DNA of 64,000 nt from Octopus sinensis (Eukaryota): assembly GCF_006345805.1 (NCBI RefSeq), contig NC_043014.1, positions 1,798,001 through 1,862,000 on the forward strand, read 5' to 3'. Of this stretch, positions 39,551 to 51,703 are shown piece after piece. The number at the start of each line of letters is the position of its first letter. Position 1 is the first letter of the stretch. The notes beneath the pieces were generated by a model. That model saw only the letters and a list, made by a program, of their open reading frames with translations. It searched no databases and had not been told where the DNA came from. Position numbers and translations under genes: made by a program.

Positions 39551-42409
39551 TACAATATATACATACACACATAAATATACACACATACGGGTGTGTGTGT
39601 GTGTTTTGAAATGTGTGTGGGGGGGATTGACACCACCAGTACCATCACCAGCACTACAACCTCCACCACCATCACTGCCAAGATTATAATCACTTCTACA
39701 CCAATCACCACCACCACCACCACACCACAACACACAATCACCTCAACACCACCACTACCGCTCTGACACCATCATCATCTTCATCTTCTTCTTCACCGTC
39801 CTGTTGTGGAAACAAGAGATGATAACCAAATATATTTCCTCCCCCCTCCCCCCGTTTTAATTACGCCATCGAAGGCAGAGACGGGATTCGGTGACATGCC
39901 ATTCTGTTGGCCGTCAGAGAGCAATTAAAGAGGGAACGAGTACAGAGGAGTGTCGAAGAGGAGTGTCGGTGATGAGGAGGCTGGCGGCGAAGAAGATGGT
40001 GTCAACGAGACGGGGTCAGAGAGGAGGACAGACAGTCTGTAGAAAATGGGTCAGAGGGAATTGGAGAAAGAGAGGGAAGAAGCGTGAAGGACCAACAGTT
40101 TCCACGTGTCAGCATTTCCGGTTGTTGTTGCTGCTGTTTAGCCCCAGGCCGACTCCGATCCAGCAGACCAGGCTAGAATCAAAGAGAAGTTCCATTACAA
40201 TCTTTCGTCCCCATTTTTTCTTTTATTTTACTTTTAGATCCATTACAGGTGGACTGCGTTATATAACGTGTCTGTCCTTTCGAAAATTAATTAATTAATT
40301 AATCAATCAATAATGGTAGGATGTGAGGGAAAAAGAGAAAGATGTGGCTGCTATTTCTAGCCGAGAGAGAGCGCGACGATCTAAAGGGGGTTTTTGGGGT
40401 GAAAGAAAGCAATGTTTTTAGCGTCAGAGACAATTTATCAGACACCAGCCACCGCCACCGCCACCACCATTGTCAGTGTCATCACGAGGCTATCACCGCC
40501 GCCGTTACCACCACGACGACCACCACCACCACCTGTCTGAGTATGTACGATCAAGGTGAAGGACACAGTCCTTAACACTGTCACCACGAAATAGACGAGG
40601 TAATAATAGACCAGTGGAGGGGGTAGAGGGGACGTCGGGTGTAGTGGTGGTTGTGGTGGTGGTGGGGCGAAGGCATTACTAGTACAAGGCCATGATACAA
40701 CTAACCTACTAAGTGACGCATTTTATCTTCTCCGCTGATAACAAGTTTGAGCGCAAAACACTAAACACAGACAACGGCAACTTGTTGCGGCTGTTTAACC
40801 CTAGGTCGAACTAGATCCAACAGATTTATTATAATGACAAAAGGATTCTAACCATGACAAATGCATCGAATTGTCTTCTACATACACACTGTATTTAGGA
40901 TGATGCTTGTTTTATATTTCATCTGCTTTAGTCATTGAACTGCAGCCATGCTGGAGCAATGCTTTGAAGAATTTTTAGGCGAACGGACCGAGCCAGTACG
41001 TTTTTTAAGCCTTCTACTTATTCTATCGGTTTCTTTTATCGGACCACTAAGTTACGGGGACGTAAACAAACCAACACTGGTTGCCAAGCAGTGATGGGGA
41101 CAAGCACAGGCACAATGGGCGAAAGTGTTTAAGGGTTAGGGTTTTTGTTACGCCAAAAAAAAAACGGGTGGTGTACGTATTCTTTACCTCCGCTAGCGGC
41201 TCTCCTTCAGTTTCTGTCTACCAAATCCACTCGGCCCGAATCTGTAGTAGAAGACACCTCCCAAGGGGTCACACAATGAGATTGAACCAGGAACTATGTG
41301 GTTGGGAAGTAAACTTCTTACCACACAGCCACGCCTGCCCTATTACTATATCTTTTAAAAGCCTGGTACTTGTTTCTAGCGTTCTCCTTTGCCAAATTAC
41401 TCAAAAGCTGTTAAGAGAAAAAATATAAAAATGATGTCCTAAGCTGGTGGTGGCAGAAACGTTAGCACGCCGGGCGAAATGCTTAGCGGTATTTTGTCTG
41501 CCGTTACATTCTGAGTTCAAATTCCGCCGAGGTCGACTTTGCCTTTCATCCTTTCGGGGTCGATAAATTAAGTACCAGTTACGCACTAGGGTCGATATAA
41601 TCGACTTAATCCGTTTGTCTGTCCTTGTTTGTCCCCTCTGTGTTTAGCCCCTTGTGGGTAGTAAAGAAAGAGGTATTCTAAAACGGTCGAGAGTCCTTTG
41701 AGGGTGGTGAATTGACTGTTATTTTTAGCAGGTTGAGTGACTATGTATTTCAACCTCGGTGTGGGATTTTATACGAAGTCCCTAACTTCTCGAAAGAACT
41801 ACACAGCAATAACAACTATAAAGGGACCACAGTATTCTATCGGTACCTATTTTTGTCAATTCCGATCGTCTGCTAAATCCAGCCATCAATAAAGACAGCA
41901 TAAGAAATTAATTACTTTTTAATTACAACAGAAAGTGATTATGAGAGGGGGGATGGTGAGCATGTGACAATTGCGTCACCCCCAGAGATTTTCAAAGGAT
42001 GTGCAGTGACGTCATATTTTGTAGGTCACACGATTCCAACGATCACGCCTAAATCCAAAGAGGAATCTTAAAAGTACAATATTGTAGCTTAACCCCAGAT
42101 TGGCTAAGAATAAAGTCAATCCAACCGTGACAACCTTGTCTTTTCCCTATCTGTAAGGCACCCCAGAACTAATCCCTATATTGTACAACGTGTCCTTTTG
42201 TAAGATGGTAACGTGTGTTCGAGGAAGGGCTGGCTGTTGTTTTTAGCATTTAGAGCGACCATATACAGGCGCCCACGTTGGGTGGAACGAACTTATGTGA
42301 TGAGTGTAAGTCACTTGACAAAAACAGTTTCCTCAAACATTTGTGTGGTTGGTCTGACACGTGACCCACACGCACACACACACTGACACGGTTTTATTTT
42401 GATTGTTCA

Positions 42410-42655
42410 GATTGGACATGATGAACCATATCAATATCACTGGTCTGGGAGACACTGATCCCCAAAAGAAGTCTAAACTGGACACTGGTCACATCATAAC
42501 AATTTGGGACATACAGATGATCAGACGGGACATTAACCCTATCACTAGTCTGGGAGACATTGACCCCCAAAAGAAGTCTAGACTGGACACTGGTCACATC
42601 ATAACAATTTGGGACCTACAGATGACAAGACTGGATATTAACCATATCAATGTCT
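42410..42655. repeat. 105-bp tandem duplication (~2.3 copies)
   Basis: CTGGGAGACA(C/T)TGA(T/C)CCCCAAAAGAAGTCTA(A/G)ACTGGACACTGGTCACATCATAACAATTTGGGAC recurs at 42445 and 42550. Confidence 0.85.
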
Positions 42656-42876
42656 TTCTCTTTCTCTGTAAGTACACACGCACACGGGCTTTTTTCAGTT
42701 CAATCTACCAAATCCAAAGTTTTGGATGAGCCATGGATAAAAAAGAAAACACTTGCCAAAGATACGATGCAGTGGGACTGAACCTGTAACCATATGGCTG
42801 AGAAGCAAATTTCCTAACCAGGCAGACATATCTGCACCTAGTGGTTTTGTGTGCAGAGCCAATTGTCTCAATGTTA

Positions 42877-43443
42877 GATGGCGGCGAGCTGGCAGAAACG
42901 TTAGCAGGCCCGGCGAAATGCGAAGCCGTATTTCGTCTGCCGTTACGTTCTGAGTTCAAATTCCGCCGAGGTTGACTCTGCTTTTCATCCTTTCGGGATC
43001 GATAAATTAAGTACCAGTTACGCACTGGGATCGATGTAGTCGACTTAATCCTTTTGTCTGTCCTTGTTTGTCCTCTTTGTGTTTAGCCCCCTGTGGGTAG
43101 TAAAGACATAGGTATTTCGTCTGCGGTTACGTTCTAAGTTCAAATTCCGCCGATGTCGACTTTGCCTTTCATCCTTTTGGGATCGATAAATTAAGTACCA
43201 GTTACGCACTGGGGTCGATGTAATCGACTTGATCCTTTTGTCTGTCCTTGTTTGTCCCTTCTATGTTTAGCCCCTTGTGGGTAGTAAAGAAATAGGTATT
43301 TCGTCTGCCGTTACACTCTGAGTTCAAATTCCGCCGAGGTCGACTTTGCTTTTCATCCTTTCGGGATCGATAAATTAAGTACCAGTTATGCACTGGGGTC
43401 GATGTAATCGACTTGATCCGTTTGTTTGTTCTTGTAAAGAAAT
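42877..43443 (+). mobile_element. SINE family A head-to-tail trimer flanked by a perfect 33-bp direct repeat
   Basis: One full copy plus two headless units (184-bp period; junctions at GGTATTTCGTC 43111 and 43295). GTTTTGTGTGCAGAGCCAATTGTCTCAATGTTA occurs at 42844-42876 and 43444-43476. Confidence 0.85.
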
Positions 43444-46113
43444 GTTTTGTGTGCAGAGCCAATTGTCTCAATGTTAAAACAACAGTGTAAAGCTGGTATT
43501 TTTATTGCCCGTACCATAGAAGTTCGTAGACAAGTTTCCTATCACTGCTTTTTAAAATAACAACGTTGGGATATTGTACGTATCAACTCATCAATGGCAA
43601 CCATTGACACAACATCAAGAAGATTATAAATGTCGAAAGCGGTGGGTGGGGGGGAAACAACAATAAATCAATGATGAAGGGATGCTTGTGATTTGTTAGT
43701 TTAAACGCTCACTGGTAGGATGACCACAACAACTTTACGTTGCTTTGTTTGCTTGGGTCGTTAACCCACACAAACAATTATCTGCATTTGTGAAGGATAT
43801 AACAATTGGAACCTTGAGCAAAGCAAAAAAATTTGACAACACAATAGGGGCTTCAGGGTCATTGACCCTTTAGCATTTAAATTTCTCAGTCTAGTGAAAT
43901 GCCTATTAATTCCTGTAGTTTTGAATAGATCATGCATTATCCTGTAGCTTTGTAATTTCAAAGATGTGATTGTTTGTTTTTAGAATGGCATTGTAGAGTA
44001 AGTGTGAGAGGTTAGATCTGACCAGATTCAACATAGAATAAGATAGAATATTTGGGCTGGATATGACTGGTTTCAATGCTAAAATGTTACACTTAACCTT
44101 TTTGTTACCATTATTTTTGTTGAAACATACTGCTCTAATTTAATTCATCATCATCATCGTCATTTAACTGGCCCTCATGCCGGTGGCACGTAAAAGCACC
44201 CATTACACTCTCGGAGTGGTTGATGTTAGGAAGAGCATCCAGCTATAGAAACTTTGCCAGATCAGATTGGAGCCTGGTGCAGCCTTCTGGCTCACCAGTC
44301 CTCAGTCAAACCATCAAACCCATGCCAGCATGGAAAGTAGACGTTAAACAACAACAATGATGATGATGATGAATGTGAGAATGGCAAATTCTTGAAACTC
44401 AGGCATTGGTTAGTTCAGGGCTTTGGAAGAAACAATCAATGTGCCATATATATAGGGACTGATTCCAAACCACATGGTTGCAAAGTGGATTTCTCAACCA
44501 TGCAGCAATATCTGCACCCATGGTTATGTCCACTTTTCAATGCCTTGCATGGGTCAGATGGAGTTTACTGGGGCAGATGTTCTACAACCGGATGTCTTTC
44601 CTGTTGCCAGCCCTCACCTGTTTCCAAGCAAGGTAATATTTCACTCCTCACCCCCTGACCAGACATGTTTTCATGGAAAACTGGAAATGAAAGAGATCCA
44701 GGGAGAGACATACTGCTTGGAGTTTATGACAAGCTCACTTGTAAGGCAGTCTGTGAATGGTTTGTCATAACAGGAAAACAATTGCGTAATATTCAGGGTG
44801 ATGAAAATTCCTGTCTGTCATCTGCCATCTAACTTAATTAGCTGGCTGTAATGAGGATGGACACACAACATGTGACTGCCTCGATATTCTGCATAACAAG
44901 AGGTGAGCCTTACGAAGGAGTCTGCTGGTCTCAATGCTCTGGGGGAGAGAGAGAGAGTTGGTTGTGCATATTGTCATTTTTAAGTCATCATCATCATCAT
45001 CGTTTAACGTCCGCTCTCCATGCTAGCATGGGTTGGACGATTTGACTGAGGTCTGGCAAACCAGATGGCTGCACCAGGCCCCAATCTGATTTGGCAGGAT
45101 GTTGCTTACATTCTCCAAGAGAAATGCTCCTCATTCACTGGATACACAAGGACCAATGGAATGAAAAACACCCGACACAAGAAACAAATGAAGGACTGGT
45201 GACAGTTTAGATGTATGTGTGCAAAGGACTAAATTTTTTGAGTAAACATTCTACACCCGGGTGCCTTCTAGGTGTCAAGTCCTCTCTGCTTTTTCAAGTA
45301 AGGTATTTACTCCAGGTCACATTTCATCTGTGGGTAGTATAAACATCACCACAGCCGAAATAGCGACAATGCAAAGAAGCACAGACACATACACGGACAC
45401 CTTTACTTGTGTCGGTCATTAGACTGAGGCGATAGTGAGGTCGGTACATTAGATCTGGTCCTACAGAAATCGTATTGGTGGTTGTCATTAAAGTTGATTA
45501 AATAAATGGTATTTAGAAGTAAGAGAAGTAAAGAATTCTTTAATAAAGTCAGAGATGTTGATCAAATGATCTTGAAAATGGGACATTATCACCTTTTGGT
45601 GAGATTCCTGTGATGAAAAAGACGGAAGGGTTCCTGTGAGGCTGGGGGCCCGCTCTGGTGTGCAACATTTGAAGGGTAATAGAAGTGCACAATTGAAACT
45701 GGCTTTTTAAGGAACAGAAAGATGTCCACACATAGGAATGGTTATGTGGTTTCAGGTTCAATCCCACTGTGTGACACTTTGGGATAAATACCTTTTACTA
45801 TAACCCTAGGCCTGTGAGTGGATTCAGTAGACCAAAACTGGAAAGATCACTAGACATGGGTAGATAGATGAATGGACGGATGGAGGAGTGAATGGACAGA
45901 TATGCTGTGTGTGTGCCTTGTGGTCTTTGACATCACATTGTAATGGTAAGTGAACACTAGTTATACAAGTGCTACCATTCATTTCCAGTCTTCCAAGAAA
46001 ACATATCCAGCCAATAGGAAATATTCTTTTCTACTCTAGGCACAAGGCCTGAAATTTTGGAAGAAGGGGCCAATCGATTAGATTGACCCCAGTACACAAC
46101 TGGTACTTAATTT

Positions 46114-46481
46114 CAGTTCTATATTTAAGAGATGAAGAATTATGTACATTATTGACACTATCTACATTTGACGGATGTTTGTCCTCATCTTGTTTGTTGT
46201 TAACACAACGTTTCGGCTGATACACTCTCCAGCCTTTCATCAACCCATGGACATATGGCATAGTGGTTAACAGCACGGGCTACTAACCCCATGATTCCAA
46301 GTTCAATTCCAAGCAGTGACCTGAATAATAATAATAATAACATTGAAAAAAACTTTAGGAATGAGAACCCAGGTTCGAAATTTCCCCAAGACACCTGATG
46401 AAGGCTGGAGGGTATATCAGCCGAAACTTTGCGTTCACAACAAACAAGATGAGGACAAACATCCGTCAAATGTAAGTAATG
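46114..46481 (+). mobile_element. tRNA-headed short element with Penelope-type hammerhead terminus and inverted terminal copy
   Basis: Inserted in a SINE A copy with TSD TGGTACTTAATTT (46101-46113, 46482-46494). tRNA-like head 46249-46321 (A-box TGGCATAGTGG, B-box GTTCAATTCC), hammerhead-like motif 46391-46434, inverted copy of the 3' part at 46114-46243. Confidence 0.75.
46391..46434 (+). ncRNA. Minimal hammerhead-like motif (cleavage triplet mutated in this copy)
   Basis: ACAC-CTGATGA-A-GGCTG-GAGGGTATAT-CAGCC-GAAA-C-TTT-GCGT. The inverted copy (46203-46243, minus) retains GAAAC-GTT-GTGT but is cut at the core (TTGATGA). Confidence 0.6.
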
Positions 46482-47450
46482 TGGTACTTAATTTAAGTCA
46501 ACCTCGATGGAATTTGAACTCAGAATGTAAAGATAGACAAAATACTGCTAAGCATTTCGCCCAGCATGCTAATGTCTCTGCCAGCTTGCCCATAGGGAAT
46601 ATTAATTTCAAATCGAAACGGTGGAGAACTGGCAATGGGAAAGGTATCCAGTAATAGAAAAAATCCCAACAAAATTTGTCTGGTGCCTGCAAGCATGGAA
46701 AAGAGGATATGAACATGTGGATGATTATTATCAGCAACCATGTAGGAATGAAGTAATGAACCTGAGGTATTGAGAGTCTGAAGATCAAGGGTTGTCATGA
46801 AGCAGAACAAGGGCTATATGGGTAATATGGCAGGGATATGTTTACTGGGTTTGGCAGTGAGCAAAAATGGTAGGAATTTGAGATGTCACTGAGTCAGTAG
46901 GAGAAACAGGAAGGTGACAGAGTTCCGGATGTGAGAGGATTCAACCTCTGTGCCAGAGATATCGGTAAGGGGACGAGGAATGGGTAGAAAAGTGAAGAGG
47001 AGGAATTCAATACATGAAAATGTGTAGGGAGGGTCACTTGAAAAAGATTTTAATTAAATGAGATGTCCTCAGTGTAGGACGAGAGACAACTGAAAGCTTG
47101 TTAATTGCTGGAAGAGTTGAGGGATTGTTTATAGAATAGAGAATAGAGGGAGAGTAATTAGTGGTGATTGTGGTTGAAATCTGGGAGTGATGGTTGAGTG
47201 GTGGGAAGAGGTGACCTTTCAGGGTGGAGATGGAATACTGAATGTGGCAAAGGTGGGTGTGACAGTGTGACCTGGAGAGTAGGGGAGGTTTGAGAGTGGA
47301 GGTGGGGTGGAGAATAGGGGCAGGAGTGAGAATGTGACCTGAAGAGTAAGAGGTGAATGTCTGCCTTTACAGCTGAGGAAATGAAGGAGAGGAAGAAGTG
47401 TGGCTTGGACAGTAAAAGTGAGCATGAGAAAGGGGATTTAAGAGTAAGGG

Positions 47451-47690
47451 GTAAATGTGAGTGTGGCCTGGAGGGAAGAGGTGAATGTGAGTGTGGCCTG
47501 AAGGGAAGAGGTGAATGTGAGTGTGGCCTGAAGGGAATAGGTAAATGTGAGTGTGGCCTGAAGGGAAGAGGTGAATGTGAGTGTGGCCTGGAGGGAAGAG
47601 GTGAATGTGAGTGTGGCCTGGAGGGAAGCGGTAAATGTGAGTGTGGCCTGGAGGGAAGCGGTAAATGTGAGTGTGGCCTGGAGGGAAGCA
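47451..47690. repeat. 30-bp minisatellite, 8 copies
   Basis: Unit GT(A/G)AATGTGAGTGTGGCCTG(G/A)AGGGAA(G/T)(A/C)G at exact 30-bp steps. Confidence 0.95.
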
Positions 47691-48574
47691 CTAATTTTGG
47701 GTGTGAGTAGGAGAGTAAAACTGAATGTAAGTGTGACTAAAAGGAGGAGTGGATGCGAGTTAGGTTTGTAATGAGGTGAGTGAGTGTGTGAGAACGGAAG
47801 TAAGTGAGTGTGGCCTGGAGAGCAGCAATGAGTGGCAGTGGTCCTGGTGGGAAGATTACAAACTGTAAAGCACTGACAATTAATTTACAAATTAATTACA
47901 ACTGTTTTGATTAATTACCTGCTAACCAAAACCCTATCCACAGCAGTCAGTGATTCCGGCTTCCCACAGTCTCACAGACAATTAAATGGTGGTGGTGGTG
48001 TTGGTGGTGGAGGAGAAGAAGAGAGGTGAGGGCCAAGAATGCGACAGCTGACACCTTTCACATAGAAACAGAGACCAACAGAGGAGGTTAGTGCCAAAAA
48101 TGTTGACAAGCTTATCCAATCAACTAATTTTCAGTAATTAATAACAATAATTGTATCTAATTTAAGTAACAAGGCTAGCAAATCTGAAAGGAGAGGGGGT
48201 TAGTTGACATCATCAACCTTGAGTATCTGATTCGGACTTTATTGACCTCACAAATAATGAAAAATAAAATTTACCCTGGTGAGATTTGAACTCACGATGT
48301 AAACAAATGGAACAGTATAAAGCAATTTTTTCAATTCCCTTTACTCTCTTTTACTTGTTTCAGTCATTTGACTGTGGCCATGCTGGAGCACCACCTTTAG
48401 TCGAGCAAATCGACCCCAGGACTTATTCTTTGTAAACCTAGTATTTATTCTATTGGTTTCTTTTGCCGAACCGCTAAGTTACAGGGACGTAAACACACCA
48501 CCATCAGTTGTCAAGCAATGTTGGGGGAACAAAGCCCAAGGCTATAGTAGAAGACACTTGGCCAAGGTGCCACG

Positions 48575-48900
48575 GATTTTAAACAGACAATGTTTTGAAA
48601 AGACACCCGCAGAGATTGCATATCTGCTTTGGACGACCAAGAGCTGCAGATAAGTTCTGATCTTTGTGGATCTTAAAATGTCTTTTGATTTGTCCGTTAG
48701 ATTTGCAGACCTTATGGCATACACAGCATTGAAAGGTGTGAACAGGTATATAGGCAGAATAGTTGGTGGAGGTTCGTTTTCCATGGGTCCACAAATGAGA
48801 AAGGCAGGGTCTGTCACAAACTGTGCACTCAAAAAGGGTCACTGAGATTCACCTTCTCGATCACAAAATTCTTCTTTAAATCTCTCTTGGGTCTTGCATG
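48575..48900 (-). mobile_element. Probable RTE-type LINE 3' end with tandem C2H2-like zinc fingers
   Basis: FECTVCDRPCLSHLWTH / FQCCVCHKVCKSNGQIKRHFKIH / QICNLCGCLFKT. There are no TGEKPY linkers, stops lie immediately upstream, and it abuts a truncated SINE B. Confidence 0.5.
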
Positions 48901-48989
48901 TTACCCTGGCCTCTTCAAATGCTTCCACTCCACACTTTTGTTTGTCTTCCATACATGTATGATACATACATATATATATATATATATAA

Positions 48990-49202
48990 ACATCGGTCTT
49001 TCAAAATGTGACCTTGTGTGTACCGTTGGCGATTTTTTTTCCTCTGTCTTCCCTTCTCTGGATCTTTCCTTCTCCTATGTTTCTGACGAAGAGCACCGCT
49101 CGAAACGTCAAACCCTCCTTCTTTCCTGAGCGTCCAATAATACTATATTTGTTCCACGTCCTCGCGTTGTGTTTTTTTGTGCTTTCTTGTTAGGATTAAC
49201 TA
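48990..49202 (+). mobile_element. Solo Penelope-type pLTR inserted in (TA)n
   Basis: Homologous to 36627-36831, with TA repeats on both sides. Confidence 0.7.
49079..49113 (+). ncRNA. Minimal type I hammerhead ribozyme with intact core and GUC triplet
   Basis: GTTT-CTGACGA-A-GAGC-ACC-GCTC-GAAA-C-GTC-AAAC. Stem I GTTT/AAAC, CUGANGA core, stem II GAGC/GCTC, GAAA, palindromic ACGT stem III, GUC cleavage site. Confidence 0.75.
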
Positions 49203-49811
49203 TATGTATATATATACACACACATACACAAGTGAGTGGCCAAATGAAAGCAAAAGGCACTCAACACATTTGGTAATAATGGTTTGATTCAGTTCCAAAC
49301 GCTTCTTACAGAAAAACAACTTCTTCTGGCTTAGATTATCAAATCTAAGCCTTTACAAGCCTGGTTTCTGTCAGAGTCCAGCAAATCTTTGCATAGGGCC
49401 GAATCAAACTGTTTTATTTAATAATATTAATAATAATAATAATAATAATATATACAAGTTGGGGTTTAATTTTAATTAAGCAAAAACTTAAGAATTACAG
49501 TTTGTAAAGAAAAAAAAACAAAAATAAATTAAAAGTAATTATAGTCAAAACAGCCAAAGGACACAACTTCAACACCCAAACATTATATGGAGATAAGCAG
49601 TTAGGGGTGTGTTCTTTGGTCAGTATAGACAACTCTAGACAGCTTCCTGTCTTATTAGAACTCTTCAGCGAAACAATCTTAACAGAATTTATTACATTTT
49701 AGGCAATTAGGATACATAGACATTTTGAATGGAAACGTGAATGTTAACTGGGAGAAATTTCCTAGAGTCTCACTCTGCATAAAGAGCTCACTGTGTAAGC
49801 TCTCTCTCTCT

Positions 49812-49913
<102 letters not shown>

Positions 49914-51026
49914 ATACACACATACACACACGTTTTACTGGCCACTTTTCCATGCTTGCAAGGTTCAACGAAATTTATTGAGGCAGAAATACTAATGCTC
50001 TCCCTGTTGCCAACCTTCACCTGTTTGCAAGCATGGTAATATTTCCCTCATGGCCAGACAGGATTTCATGGAAGATTGGAAAAGAATGTCCCTGCTTATA
50101 CGACAGTGACACTCGTTTACAGCTGTCATGCAGTCAGGACAAGCAGACATAAACGCGCGCGGTGAGGGGGTGGCTACTTTCAGTTTCCGTCTATCAAATT
50201 CACTCTTAAGGATTTGATCGGCCCAAGACCAAGACGTTTAGCCAAGGTGCCACGCATTGAGATTGAACTGGAAACCATGTATTTGGAAAGCGAACTTCCA
50301 AACCACACAATCACGCTTAAACACAGAGAGAGAGAGAGAGAGAGAAAAGCAAGTCTCAGAGGCTGACATTTATAAATAATATACAAGTGTGTGTGTGTGT
50401 AAATTAATGGATGATCTATAGTCACGTGTGTATGAAAGAGGACCATTTTGGTAGAAGCAGATCAGTTACAGAAGCACATCATGTACTTCCCTGACATATA
50501 CACACACATATATACAAGCAAAAACCCTCTGGCCCTCAATCTGTACAACCCCTACTTCCACCTCTAAGTAACACTAAGTAATGCCTGTTTAAATTGTTAC
50601 CACGTTGCAAGCCACATTTTAGGCCTATGTATGTTTCTAATCAACATACTGGTTTTATCTACCATTGTCGGGCAGAAAAGCCATTCTAGATGAAATCCCA
50701 AGGGCAAAGAATTGGAGATTCCTTAAGGAAATTATAGGCTACATATGTCGCAAATATACATAGATTTATTAACTAAAACCAGTTGGGGGCCACGTGGTCA
50801 TTCGGAGGGCCCATTGCAGAAAAGTTAACAGTAATTCTGCTCGTGATTGGAAATGATCTCTCGAAGCCCCATGCCAATGGTAACGAAGCGAAAGATTTGA
50901 ATGAAAGTAAAAAATGAAAGTAGATTTTCGTTTTTTCAGAATCGTAATCGTACACCTTTGTTCTCCACTGCCTTCCATATCATTCAAGGAACTGCTATTC
51001 TAAAACTATACACACACACACAATAT

Positions 51027-51064
<38 letters not shown>

Positions 51065-51578
51065 TTAGCAATTAAGGACAACTGTTATATATATATATAT
51101 ATATGAGAGACATCTCTAGATTTCCTCTAAATCGGAATTTTTCTCAAACCTCGGGAAGCATTTCCTGAAGCAGAGAACGAATGGCAAGTTCGACCTTCAA
51201 GGGCTGGGGCCCCTTCTATTATCTGTGGCACAAATGTGTTGAGACGATAAAAAGGAACCCATAAGGTTGAGGTGAGATCATCGTTGAGCTGCAGCCCTTC
51301 AGTGTGAGATACACGCACCTCAAAACGACAAACCCATCGGTGGAATTTGATTTCAATCCCTGGACGAAATTTGATCTTGGAACACCATCGTCCTTATTTT
51401 ACCAACCCTGATTGGATTTGAACTCGGAGCGCAGACAAACGAGACAAATAATACGTCATCTCGATCCTCTAACGTCTCTCCAACATTTATATTTTAAAAT
51501 TGGTAATTATTTTGGTAATAAATTAACGTTGCTCTTCCATGCAGCACTAGACATCTTTAGCTATTATATATATGTATG

Positions 51579-51612
<34 letters not shown>

Positions 51613-51670
51613 ATAATATATATATATATATATACATATGTGTGTGTGTGTGTCTATCCGCATAATTGCT

Positions 51671-51703
<33 letters not shown>

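Noticed and set aside
42007-42014. Perfect CRE TGACGTCA
   Set aside because: A single 8-mer is expected about once by chance in 64 kb.
42403-42729. ORF with a 35-aa repeat (LGDTDPQKKSKLDTGHIITIWD)
   Set aside because: Differences between the 105-bp units are mostly non-synonymous, no domain was recognised, and the ORF runs into a SINE.
46249-46321. Functional tRNA gene (anticodon ACT)
   Set aside because: Acceptor and T stems pair poorly, there is no long variable arm as expected for Ser, and it is the head of a TSD-bounded mobile element.
47357-47710. Cys-rich (CECGLEGRGE)n protein, metallothionein- or EGF-like
   Set aside because: It is a 30-bp minisatellite that is open in several frames, with no flanking exon signals.
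50806-50814. ATG GGC CCT (MGP) on the minus strand as ABCG Walker A exon; also at about 55682-55690
   Set aside because: It continues as MGPPND (and MGPLVS), not MGPSGAGKS; the second site is also upstream of exon 1.
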